From the NCBI GenBank assembly GCA_963924565.1, contig OZ004612.1:23250001-23314000 (forward strand): DNA of 64,000 bases, written 5' to 3'. This DNA is from Ascidiella aspersa. Its lineage: Eukaryota. A program made the translations under genes and the position numbers. Shown one piece after another: positions 48,836-61,500 of this stretch. How positions within the stretch are numbered: the stretch's first letter is position 1; each line of letters starts with the position of its first letter. The notes under the pieces are model-generated. The model saw only the letters and a list, made by a program, of their open reading frames with translations. It ran no database searches and was not told where the DNA came from.

Positions 48836-51182
48836 GTAAGAGCGAAGTTAAGGCGCCATCTTGTAAAAGAAAAACAACATTATTCTAAACAACGAGCACT
48901 ATTATAAACCAGTACAGGACATATGTGCCACTCAAAACAAATTTACACTGCTATCCATAACTTCCTTTCTGCTAACGCGGTTGAAATTCATACTGCGTGG
49001 TTGTTATACAGCAACACGGAATCCCTAGGAAATTTCGCACAAATAAGTTTATGTAAAATTGCATGTGTAACATATTGTTTATTTTTTCGCACTGTGGTTA
49101 AAACAAGATTGATGACTTTTGCAACGATTTATTGCAGGAAATATGGCAAAACAAACGTTTCTTCACATTGTCGAAATACCGATATTAACAACACTTTCTC
49201 TTCTAACGTTCAACAGAATTTGCCGTCCTACATCCGCATGTAATTACAAATATCCAGCTGGTTTAGTGAACTGAAACCATTTTGTGTAATGTAGCCTTTA
49301 TCAAGTATTACGTACTACATCGCAATGCACGTGATGTGAGTCCACTGACGTGTGACCAAGGCGCGGGCGAGTGGGATTGGTGCTTCGCGAATTCTTTTTA
49401 TACCTAATGCTATTCGATACTATAGCGGCTTGAATCGTTATCGCGTGTACTGAGATTTGTGAATATAGTCAACCAGCAATGTCAACTGAGTGAAGTGACT
49501 CTGTCTAGGATAAGAAGTTAAGGACAGGTATTTTAGCGGCCTGCTCCTTGAAGTCATGTGTATAACAAGAAACGAGTATAATATTTAAGCAGCCGTCGGC
49601 CCTCGCCTTAAAGGAAGCGCCTTTTACTTACCCGTAGCAACATTCCCATACCTACCGCTAAACGTTAAAGTAAAAAAACATGTGTTTTAGAAGATTCAAT
49701 CGTTAAACCAAGAAATTAAAACTTCAACATGATCAAAAAATCTTTTTTTATTATTGTAGTTTGATTATATGCACCTCAAAAGATATTCAAATGTATTGCT
49801 GAACTCTTAAAAAATAGCTCTTTGTGTAGAAGTCATGCAGCCAATCACGCGAGACTTAAATGCACACTATATCTATTAAATAAGTGGTCTTCTATGAAAC
49901 ATGCCATATTTTATTTACGATTGATTTTACCATATATTCATTTACTAATATCAAACTATCAAGTGTCAAACACGCATTGCATCAGGATATTTTTTAAATT
50001 GTAATCACATATTAAGTGTAATATAATGTGAACATAACATTGTACATAGAAAAACATCCAGCCGTGATGGGCTTGTTGTTGAAAATATCTAAATGTTCGG
50101 AAAACATTGGTCCTATTTTAGATTTTGATACTGCCCACCTTGCCTCACGCGCGAAATGTCATTTCCTCAAAGTGTAACAGCGACTGCTAGCGGATTTTTG
50201 TAAAAAATACGATCTTTTAAATATCATTGTAATTCCCACACAACGGAGGTTGGCCTGGTAGCTGAAGTATGTCATGCATCGATACAACAGACTGTCGATA
50301 TCCCCAATTCTCAGTGTTTACAAAGCATGTACATAGAAAACATGTTGTAACACACTGACACACTTTAACAGTGGCGATCGTTTGTTACCCATGAAACATA
50401 AACATTTTTTTGATATGTGTTCAGATGTGCCACACAAATTTTAACCTTTGTTGCACTAACAATTAATATTTTGATTTCAGAAAGAATTCTTCTTCTTCTA
50501 TACAAATCGGTTACTATTCATTTACAAACAGGGGTACTTTTCCTTGTGTTATACTTGGGATTTAATTCGAAACTTATATTAGTGCTGCTGCACGTAAAAC
50601 GATTAGATTGCTGCATCAGGGGTCGGCAACCTTTTTTGCACTGCGGACCGGTTTAAACTAAAATTTTGTCGCGGACCGGCCTTGAAAAACAACAAATTCT
50701 CAGGAAAGTAAATTTTTTACAAACCACGGGCGGCATAGGCAAACAATTTAATTTAACCAAACCAGCGGCTCATTTAAATAAAACTTTTATGCCTTGTTTT
50801 TTCTTAAATTACACTTGTATAACATTATTGCCAATTCCCATATTCTTACCAGCTTGTCAAAATAAGGATATTTAAAGCATTCTTTCAAAAGAAGTCACAC
50901 TTTTGTATAACATATAATAATGTATGATCCTATTTTTGACCAGGCCCTACACGACACTTTCAATAGTTTGCCTACGTAATATAAAAACGAAAACAAAATA
51001 TCGGCAATATGAAAAAGTATACGAACCACAGACCGACACCTTAAAAGTATAGGATGGACATACGTACAAGGCTTGCCAGAATGGCTTTTTTGACAACAAA
51101 AATCTTTCTTTAACGTGGTTGATGCCAGAAAAATCATAAGGCTTTTTAGCCTAATTTTTTTGGTCATTTTTATAGTCGAAAA

Positions 51183-51611
51183 CAGTGGTCGGCAAACTGT
51201 GGGCCGCAGAGCCATTTTTAGTGGGCCGCGAGTTACTTTTAAATAGCTTAGTGTTAACATGTAGTTATGGGCCGCGTGATGGCCATACAGTCATTGCACT
51301 TTATTTTAAAAGTTCGAGTGGCTAAGAATTTTTATATTGTCTCATCGTGGTTTAGGCCCACGTGCCAAATATGGTCCTGAGAGCCTGTCGAACTATATAT
51401 TTGCCAACTTAAATTATTTGTAAACGCAAAATTTTCGCGCTTCGCGCGTACATTCTTCTTTTGTAGTAGGTTTTCTAGGCGCCGTAATAATTCACCTTAA
51501 AATAAAATATCCTGAATTCACCACTGTTTTCGTATGCTTTTACGTAGTGGGCCTTTCATAGCTCTGAAAAGCGTGCTTTGGGACGCGACCAAAAAAGTTT
51601 GCCGACCACTG
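51183..51611. mobile_element. Nested hAT MITE 1
   Basis: Perfect TIR CAGTGGTCGGCAAACT / AGTTTGCCGACCACTG; TSD gtcgaaaa/gtctaaaa. Confidence 0.9.
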
Positions 51612-51627
51612 GTCTAAAACTATAGAG

Positions 51628-51929
51628 CAGTGGTTCCCCAAAAATTTTCGCTCGCGGCACACTAAAAATATCTCAAATATTTCGCGACACACTTTTAACA
51701 CAACAACAATATAGTCGTTTTACAATCGCCCTGACAAACTATATTAAATGTCTCAATTTGAATTTTTTGTAATGGGTAGAGTGCGTATTCAAGTCTAAAA
51801 TGCTTGCGCGTATGCCTATATTTGTAAAACAAATACTCTATTTTCCGAAATTACAAAAAGTTTCGCGGCGCACTTGACTATTTTTCGAGGCACACTAGTG
51901 TGCCGCGGCACACAGTTTGGGAATCACTG
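51628..51929. mobile_element. Nested hAT MITE 2
   Basis: TIR CAGTGGTTCCC / GGGAATCACTG; perfect TSD ctatagag; CGCGGCACAC subterminal motifs. Confidence 0.92.
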
Positions 51930-53896
51930 CTATAGAGGCTAAAACCAATTAATATACATACGTTTTTTCGAAGCCTTTCCTGCCTAAATATCAAAATAAT
52001 AAATTATTACATTATGAGAAGTTTATAAACATTGTTTGCATGAAATTCTATTGCACTTTATAAGGTGAGCACGCTTAAAATTGAAACACATTGTATTTTA
52101 GCCCATTTTTCGATATATTGTAATACTAGAAGTTAGATTTTGTAATAAAATTATGCATTATGGATGTTGTGAACGTGCTACAACGAAGGTAAATGTGTTT
52201 TAAATATTAAAATATATTTACTTATTTTTGACTTTTTACAAGGTTTTTACGTACAGTTTGTGTTTAAACAAAATTTTAATCTGGCAACCCTGCTACGGAC
52301 CGGTAACCAACTCCTCGCGGACCGGCGTTTGCCGACCACCGTGCTACATGATGCTTCTGTTTGTTCGTTATTTTTTGGAAGGTACTGCACATTTATCGAA
52401 CGAGTTAAGCAATTTCAACAGTTTATATTTTCTATTAGTGATTTGCAGTTCACTTTCTTTAATAATGACTTTACTTGGGATACTAATGCGTGTTGTGTTT
52501 TGACTTTAGTTTTTTAACAGACTTGACATCTGGAGTTAGTTTATTTTACAAACAACTTGAGTGGGACTTAAGTCATTTCAAAATGACGTGTTTACAGCAG
52601 TGGGTTTACACAACAAACAATTAATCAAAAGGTCCGTGATTTCCGCTTTCTTGTAATTCGTGACTGAAATGCAACGCTGGTTTGTTGATGTTTTTTTGCC
52701 AATACACCAGCAGGTCTGAATATTATTACGACTTGAAAGCCGCCCACAAAGCAGAGGAATGTGTCTAAGTCTAAAAAGGCATGCCGTCAAATTAAAATTC
52801 ATATAAGAAGACGCTTTTAGGATACTATGTCCCTATAATAGACAGTTTTCCATACAAGGCAAAATTAGGATGAGAGAAGAAAATTTCTGAAAAAACATTA
52901 ACATAAAATAAAACAAGACAGGCGACTCAGTATTATATAACATTTTTTGTCATTTGTTTATGTGCAATATATGACACAGGGGTCTATGGTATTATAATTT
53001 GGTTAGGATTTGTGAAGCCCCGATGGGCTATTGTTTATTTAGGCTGAGGCACGAGTTTCGAATTCTAGCATTACATTTTCGATTTTCTTTCGGCGATTGG
53101 TTTCGAAATCCCGCGAAAACTACTGTAGCAAAATAGTGCAGTTATATTCGGGATTATGTCTTGAATTGTGAGTGGAGCGACAATGTACATGCCAAAACTG
53201 AAAGCACACCATTTTGTGATTTGTTAGCAACTTGTTAGTCAATATGCAGTGATGCAATTACATACCTATACTGTACTTAAGTCGAGTTTCAAATGACTTA
53301 ACTTGACAAAATTTATTTACGCAAATGACGTATAGCCTGCGCTAATTTTTAGTGTTTTGAATAAAAATATTTTGCTATAATTTAGCTCAATCTTTTACTT
53401 AAAAAAATGCTTGCTGGTTTATCATTTTTTTTTTGGTTTGCGAAATATTTCTTAAATTGAATGAATCGCTAATGTTAAAACTTAACATTAAATTGATTTG
53501 CAATGGAATTTACTATAAGGAAAGTAACTTGCTTTAGACTTGACTTATTTACAAGTGACTTGTCTCGGTCTTCAGTCATGTTGAAAATCGTTTTACGGCA
53601 CCTATAATAATATGTCTTATTTTACACAAACGTTTCTATTTGCTAACATTTTGCGAGTTTAACGAGTGCCTGATGGAAAATTTAATGTAACACTGTTAAC
53701 AAAGCAAATGTGTCAGGGCTATAGCAACTGGCAATAACCAGATTATGATTATTAAGCAAATCGCGCATTCCTTACATTAAAAGTAGAACTCGCTGCAACC
53801 ATGACCCTTTAAGTTGTTTGTATACCAATTTAAAAAGATACTTCTTTCGTCCCGTTTAAACTGTGATATATACCTTATCAGTTTCAGCAATTAAAC

Positions 53897-55672
53897 ATGT
53901 ACAACTTTAAAGTGATAGCTGTGTTATGCACTGTATGTTCGATCTGCTGTGCAACTAGTCGCGGCGATGATGAACTTTTGCTATGCAAACCTGCCTCATC
54001 CGTGTGGAAACCCAATTGCTCCAATTCAACCGTTGTAGCAAGACCAGGAAAGCAAGGACCCAAAGGAGAAAGGGGCTCAGATGGTTTAAGGGGGCCCATT
54101 GGGCCTTCGGGGTCACTAAATGCAAGTGAAATCGAACAGCAGAATCAGAAGATTCAGAGCATGACAGGTAAAACGTAAAGTGTAGGTGTTCTTCAAATGT
54201 AGTGCTGTATACGTAAAGCACTTTATCTGTGTTAGAGCAAACTGGTTACAAGCGAGAGTTAACATGAAAAATGTATACGGCGTTTGGTTTCCCACTTAAA
54301 TTCATATATATGACTGTTTTTCGGCTAGCTCTCCTTTAAAATTGTGACTCAGTTGGTAGAGCGATGATCCCATAAGACTGGATCGTGAGTTCGAACCTCA
54401 CCGCAGGCTGATTTTTCTAGCTTGCCTTGCTCATATCATTAAACGAACAATTCTGTAAGTCTTTTAATTGAATGGATTTGCTATTGTAGATTCTCTTCAA
54501 TAGAAAGTTGTTTTATTGTTTGTTACAACAGCATGTAGCAAGCATCGGTGCTATCGTTCCATCTTAACTCGTGGCCCTTGCGTGTGTAGTTTAGTTGATA
54601 AAGAAACGTTCCTGGTATGACCGAAGGTCGTGATTTCGAACCTCACAGCAGTCTATAGCTAATTTTATAGCCTGTCTTCTTTGCATCATTGATCGACTGG
54701 TTGGTTTGTCGGTCGAAGGCTTTTGGTGTCCTACATTTGACAGTCACAATTTTCAGTGTAAATAAAATATCTGATGAGGGCAAGTGGTTCACAACGCATT
54801 TCAATTTAGAATTTTATATATAAAACTTATATTTTATCTAACACGTGTAAATAATTAGACCTGGTTATGGGAATGATATCTCGGCAGTATCACGTCGATA
54901 CTACAACAAGAACTTGGTCGGCGTCAAGAGCTTACTGCAAGTCGATCGGAGCCGATTTGGTGACACACGGATTGAGAAACCCGATTATACGCAAGTACGT
55001 TGCATGTGTTTTGGCACTTTAGTCCAGTGCTTCTTAATTTTTTTAGTTTTGCTCACCCCTAGCATCAATTTCCAGATTTCATCCACCCTTGTCTCGATAT
55101 GATAAACTATCTCCTCTAAATGTAACAGCACACCCGTAATATCAGCCCTGTTCGAAAGGCATCATCCATTTCTGACGGTTCACCCTTATTAAACCCTTTT
55201 GGTTGATTCACCCCTCCAAAAATTTTATTCATCCTAGGATGAACCACTCACCTGATTAAGAAACACTGCTTTAGGCCGTCGCACGTATAATTGTCGCCTA
55301 AAATATAAGTTGCAACAATTCATTATTACAATTTCTTTGAGGACTGTGAAAAAGAGAGCAGACCATCATCATTGTTTGTGTTGAAACAGGTACATCTTGG
55401 ACAACTTGATTGCACCCTTGGGACGTTCGAACGATTACTGGGTCGGACTGACAGACTCCGCCAAAGAAGGGACCTGGATGTGGATCGACGGGGTCGCGGT
55501 GACCCCCGAAAACAGCTTCTTTTATCCAGGGGAGCCAAACAACATTGGCGGCACTGGTGGAACGGTCGATTGTGGCCAGCTTTACGGCTATCACCACAAG
55601 TTGGACGACTTCAGTTGTTCAGGACTCCGCCGCGTCATTTGCGAATGGAAGTGCCCTTGTGGAGGTGCTTGA
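53897..55672 (+). CDS. Secreted mini-collectin B, 229 aa (paralogue of A)
   Basis: join(53897..54167,54859..54994,55390..55672); exon sizes 271/136/283 versus 271/136/271 in A; open frame to TGA; GEPNNIGGTGGTVDC. Confidence 0.9.
54340..54740 (+). mobile_element. Two tandem tRNA-derived SINE copies in collectin B intron 1
   Basis: A box TGACTCAGTTGG (54345) and B box GAGTTCGAACC (54387); second copy from ~54580. Confidence 0.75.
55025..55268. mobile_element. hAT MITE (TTCACCC family) in collectin B intron 2
   Basis: TIR CAGTGCTTCTTAA / TTAAGAAACACTG; TSD ctttagtc/ctttaggc; a single ctttaggc in copy A at 41513. Confidence 0.92.
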
Positions 55673-55901
55673 TGAACGTGCAGCCGAGACTAGTCTGATT
55701 TCAATTTCTACATTATGTTAACTTGTCGCCTATCATTTATTTAATCAAACAATTAAAGGGCCAGATGCCCTTTGGGCGCTTCTATAGTTTTTTCCACATC
55801 CCATTTTCGACTCGGCTTTTAGATGTAAACCATACCCTTAAGAAGAGTTTAAAGTGTGTTGTCTACAACGCAGCTATTGTGTGCAAATCAGTTTTTTAAT
55901 T

Positions 55902-56025
55902 AAAAATGATGTTGAAAAATGAATAAAGACTTATTCGAAACGTTCATAATCATACCTACTTCAGTAACCTATGGGCTTTGATAATCTTATTACGTCTAAC
56001 TACAACCTCCAACCATTATGCTTCA
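55902..56025 (+). mobile_element. ~120-bp retroposon-like repeat, copy 4
   Basis: Perfect 13-bp TSD cagttttttaatt (55889-55901, 56026-56038); absent from copy A. Confidence 0.85.
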
Positions 56026-56569
56026 CAGTTTTTTAATTGTTTAACTACCGGTAGGCCTACTGTTTCGCTCATTTGTTATTGCATTTTTCCAATTGTAAGA
56101 CAATATCCTTTATTTTTCAATTTGCCATCCATGTATACGGTGAAATGCATAAGCCAAGCGATTTGAGTTTTAACCTCCACAACATTATGTTATCCAGTTT
56201 GTTATCATCACATCCTTATTACAACATTAAAAATGTAAAGGTTGCGCGTTTTGCTTGCGTTCTGACAGAAAGGATATAGGTTATTTCTTAAAAAAGAAAA
56301 ATAGCGTTTTCAGCTCCGAATGTTTTAAAAGGAAATCATAGATTAAATTATTTAAGTTAGGTGTGAAAATTAGAGGAATAATTAAGACCCATAATCGTGC
56401 TCAACACGATTTCTTGACATTTGCGTTCACAGCCAAGTATCGGTTAAACCAGGATTAACGACCTTTTCCAAGTCGAGGGCAAAATCTAAACTCTGAACAG
56501 TATTTGTTGGCCTTAAATTTTAACTGTCAATTATGTTGTTAAAATGCCTAGTGTTTATTCATTCTAATA

Positions 56570-56939
56570 CAGAGGTTCTCAACCAATGGGCCATGTCTCA
56601 CTGGTGGGCCATAAGAACATTTGAGGGGGGCCACAAACCAATTTAAAAAAGCTAGACTTAGTTTTATTTGTGTCACTATATTTAAATTTACAGGAATAAT
56701 GGCTTGGGGAGGAATTAAAAAGGAATGTAAATTTATTGTTCAGCCGCAGGTATAGCACTAATGGTTCAGTCGCAAGTATCACTAATGCCAGTTGAATAAA
56801 TAATTTGTTTTGATATATGTTCTGCTGTGTTTTGTTCTAAACATACTTTACAGTTATTTCTTTCATAAAAAATTAGTGGGACACAGAATTTGTTTGCAAC
56901 GTAAAAAGGCCACGAAAGAAAAAAGGTTGAGAACCACTG
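56570..56939. mobile_element. hAT MITE nested in an older MITE
   Basis: TIR CAGAGGTTCTCAACC / GGTTGAGAACCACTG; TSD ttctaata/ttataata; empty site in copy A at ~42656. Confidence 0.9.
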
Positions 56940-58525
56940 TTATAATATAACGACTATCAAGAGTAAGCCTCGTTCTTTTTGTTGAAAATGAGTCTAACTA
57001 TAATTTTATTTAAAATTTAGGAAAGCGTTCGGGCGAAAAAAGGCGTTAAGCGAAAAAATGCGTTTACGCATGGTCACCATGAAAGGTGCAATGGAAATAC
57101 ATTGAGTTAAAGATACCTGGACAAGATAAGAGCAAAGCGCGAAAAAATTACCTTTACGAATAGTTAAAATGGTAAAATACGAGGAATGGTCTTCTACCCA
57201 GTTTATATATTTATGTTTTGCTTTTTAATGTCAAACGCTCATATTTTTTGCGCTTTTTAATGTTTCTATAGATCCCTATATTTTATGCTAAATTAAAAAT
57301 AATCCTAGATCCGCGCCTGTATTACAAACATATACAGTGTGGTTTTATTTACAAAACTAAATAGCTAACAAAAATGGTACTGCAACTATTTTAGCAAACT
57401 CAAAAAGCAACAATCAAATATCACACTTAGACCCATGCTGTTCATCGTTTATTTTTATTATATAGGGCCAAATCAACAAGCGCAGCACAGAACAGAACAC
57501 ACAGGAAAGTATCAGCCGTTAATCAACTTTACAGTCGGGTATGCATTGTCACTTCCACTAACATTAACCTATTGCAACAAATCTAAGCGTCGCTCTGTGT
57601 ATGCACGATTGCATCAATTTACGCCGATTTGTCACAAAATACGTGTAGCCCACATAAGCATAACTAGGTAAATGATTTTGTTTACTGTGCTCTCTAACGG
57701 CACATGTTTCGAGGGCTAAAATATTGTATTGTCTGTTTTATTTTAGGAATAATGAGATTTTACTTCTCGATATAGTTTTTGGTCTACAGTACGATCAAAA
57801 TGCAGCAAATCACGAAAGTTCTTTCTACCTTGTGCACAGTCGATGTTTGATGTTTTATTTGTTTACTGTGACATCACATTGAACCACTTAGTAAAAATAC
57901 TAGTAACGGTACAATGGTCAAGTTCGCACGTAAGAGTTATACATTGTGTTAATTTTCGTGATTGGTATTCTAAAAATTAAATTGTTGCGTCATGTAAACG
58001 TCATTAGACGACTGCTTGCTTTTTAGTGTGGCTATTAGCAGTGATGGGATTCAGCCAGTGGCACCATCGCCGGAACCTGGGGTTGCATCCTTTTCTTGCA
58101 ACTATTTTAATTTTAAGAATAGGTTGCTAGATAGTTTGGTTTTAAAGAATGTGATAGTGAAAGAAAGCTTTTGTCAGCAAGTCCTGGAGTGATAGAAAAT
58201 AAGACTTTTTGTTTCAGAACTGGCTAAAAAGTATGACTTTTTGGCGCTGGTCTGGAATCCTACCTCGACGCACATTATTTGGGTTAGGGTGGGTCAAGTA
58301 TTATTAATAAAGAATGAATATAACAATACCTGAACCACCCGCACCCAAACACTAACTCGCCCCCTAACTCAAATTTTCTGCGTTTATTTTATAACTGTGG
58401 TAGGATTCTAGACCAGCGCCGAATTTTGTGATAAAACCAACTGACGAAAAAAATTGAATCCACCGGTTAAGAACCACTGGTGTAAGCCTTCGCTTTGAAC
58501 AGGTTAACTTTGCAATATAAGAAAA

Positions 58526-61500
58526 ATGGAGTTTGAAACGTTGCACTTAAACGTGTTAACGTGGTTGAGTGCAAAAAGCGCATTGCTGATGTTTCTACCA
58601 TTGTTGTGGCTCTACTGGTACAGAAGACCGAATTCGAGATTTCCTCCTGGACCAAGGGGTGTTCCCATTTTGGGAGCCATACCCTACCTGTCTAAGTATC
58701 CAGCGAAAGACTTTAAAAGATGGAGTTTAGAGAAAGGGGAACCTGTCATTTCTGTTCGCCTCGGTCGCGAAGAAACTGTCGTGTTAAATACATTCGATTC
58801 AATTAATCAAGTAAGTACATGTTTGATTCAACGAGGACGGATTAATATTGTGTGCAATTTGCTTACTGTGGTGTTGAACACATTTACTGTTATGTTAAAC
58901 ACATTTGATTCAATTAATCAGGTACAGGTAAGTATACGTTTGACTCAATAAGGATGGATTAAAATTGTGTGCGAATTTATTCTGTTTTTTCAGTGTTTTG
59001 TCAAAAACAGCTCTAAAAGCTCGGGTCGGCCGCGTAACGAGGTGTTCAATATAGTAAAGCAGGGAAAAGGATTTGTTAATTTGGATTACGGCGAAGTCTT
59101 CAAAGCTCAAAGGAACTTCGGATTAAAATGTTTGAAAAAGTAAGCATTTGAAAACTTTTAAACAAATCTTAAGAGATGACAAACGTTCAAGCACCACTTT
59201 TAATATAGTTTGTGTTATTTGTCGGCAACTTCACAATTCGAGAAATGTTGAACTTACAACAGTAAAGTTTTTTACCAAAAATATTTTAGAATATAAATTT
59301 ATATTTGTAAGATATACTAATTATTTTTTTGGAAATTAAATATGTTTAATATGCTTTTATAAATTACCTAAATGCCTGGCACTATGTATGTCAATGGCGA
59401 CCAGCGCAGTCGCTATGCTGTACCTATCAGTACCACTGCTATAGTCAATTATTGAGCATTAGTTTTACTAAGACGTTCTTTTAATTTTAATAGAAAATGT
59501 TATTCTATATTACTAAATAATCCTTGACCTTCACACCTAACAGCACCAATTAAGAAGAAATTAAAACTTATCTAGACGGAATTTTCGTATATTTTTCGCT
59601 GTGATTTACTTGCTGAGACTATACTCCAAATCCACGAGTCTCAGTTAAAAAACGCAGCTGTCCAATTTTAAAATAAAACGCTTCTCCTTTTTTATTTTTT
59701 AAAAACTAAATATGCTTTGCGTGGTGATAATCCGACACTTTTAGACTAGGGGCCGCATGAGAAACAAAAAAAATGTTGCGGCGAGCCAAACCAAAAAGAG
59801 AAGCTAAAATAAATTAATAATATTTGTACAAAACATTAAACATATATGTATTTTATTGTTTAAAAAGTTGTAAAATGAAGGCAAAGATGATTTTTCCTTA
59901 CAAGTGACAAACATTCAATAAAAAATAAATTCAAGGTAACAAAACGTACGTCGGCCTGGTTTTACAGAAAAACACATTAAGAAAAAAGTCATGGCGCGGG
60001 TTTTTTTGTTTGACGTACCTCCCGCAAGCCATAGTTTTTTATAGTCGAATGTCATGCTCTGTCCAGATATTAAACTCTATTATAAACAACGTTTTCAATA
60101 TCAGTCACGCAAGAAAGCAGTTAGAAAATCAATATCTCTATTGACAAAACTTGCTAAATAAGTTTGTCCTTGACATACGTGACGGGATGGTACCTAACAA
60201 ACGCTTAGGTGCTTCTCATAGTATCGTTTGCTCCTCTTCAATAACCATTTACTCACTCACACGTTATGTACTAACTTAAATCTAATTTAGTCATCTGTTT
60301 GCAGCAAAGGTTTGGGAAAGAAATTGCTCGAAAATGAGGTAAACGCGGAAGGAGACATTTTCGTTGAATATATAAAAGAAATTAAAGGACCAGTTAACTT
60401 TAAGGTAAACACAAACATTCTCAACTAAGTTTGCTTCGTATGAAATAGAATGTTCAATAAACGCGATATGCCTTTCAGAAATATCTTTATTTCGCAACGG
60501 CAAACGTGATATCCAAAACAGCGTTGGGTAAAAGATATCAGTATGACGATCCGGATTTTCAAAAGCTCCTGTTAACGATGGGCCATCTGTAAGTTTTCTT
60601 GTAATATTTTTACTTGCTTTGAAATATTTCATTACGATAATTATTCCCGATATTTTGGGTATAAGTCGTCCGTTCAGATACCACATCACGTTTTTAACAT
60701 TAGCCCGTCAGATATACCATGTTACTAAACTTGTTTAGGCAAACGGTATGTTTTCCAGGTGACACGCCAAGATTTGTTCCTGGGCTAGAAACGTAGGCAC
60801 GTTGTTGTTTTCAAATAAACCGTTTTAAAGTGAAAATCTATACTGTGATCGTAAGCCATAAATGAAATGCACGCATCACAACCGATATCCCCTTATATGG
60901 AACGAATTCTTATATGATTACTTGGCATTGTAGGTTTAGGCTTTGATTCTATATTATCTGACATATTATCTGATGATGTTTTTTAGTACTTTAATGCAGT
61001 AAAAACAATAGATCATAGAAAATGTTTGAGATCACGTTTTCACATGTTTAAACCTATCCAGTTTTGAAATTACTAAAAAAACGTTTTCCGGAATAATGGA
61101 AAATGTTTAAGCCTTTTGGTAAGAAAAGTTTATTTTCAAAAAAGTTTACGGGAAATTTTTTTATATTTTCTCACCGGAAAGGCTTGAAACTTTTTTTTAG
61201 TAATTCTAAAACTGATTGCGGAAAAAAGTTATACTATTCTTGGGAGATGAGATCATAAATTTACGCAATAACAGTTTAAAAAAGCAACCCCAGGAAACCT
61301 GAGGCTGTCGTTTGATGTCGTGCATAAATATGCTACTTAAATGTTGGTTTAAATATATTCAATGGCTCAATGGCTTGGTAAAACAACACTATTTTTTACG
61401 GGCACGGTAATCTTCCAAAAATTGTTTATTTTACTGGAACGAACACAGCATTTCTAATAGCTGAACGCCGTTCCGGACCCTTTCGGCTTACTTTCACCAA

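Larger units (their letters stand above)
50617..52341. mobile_element. hAT MITE hosting two nested MITEs
   Basis: TIR CAGGGGTCGGCAAC / TTTGCCGACCACCG; TSD tgctgcat/tgctacat; empty site tgctacat at 38876-38883 in copy A. Confidence 0.9.
49910..57205 (+). repeat. Segmental duplication, copy B (collectin unit expanded by TE insertions)
   Basis: Colinear with 38080-42892 apart from insertions at 50617, 55025, 55902 and 56570 and an unalignable end of intron 1. Confidence 0.93.

Noticed and set aside
54340-54405. tRNA gene
   Set aside because: A and B boxes are present but there is no acceptor stem or cloverleaf, and related copies share a non-tRNA tail, so it is a SINE.
54771-54800. CTGATGA-GGGC...GTTC-ACAACGC as a second hammerhead
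   Set aside because: The essential GAAA and stem I are missing; at most a decayed relic.
58039-58479. Possible MITE directly upstream of the CYP start
   Set aside because: CAGTG-type ends are present but they match poorly and there is no TSD; boundaries could not be supported.
60291-60689. 132-aa minus ORF with a superficial hAT-like look, and an apparent lack of CYP D/E-helix exons
   Set aside because: It is the antisense shadow of genuine CYP exons 60305-60404 and 60479-60588; the CYP is complete in this region.
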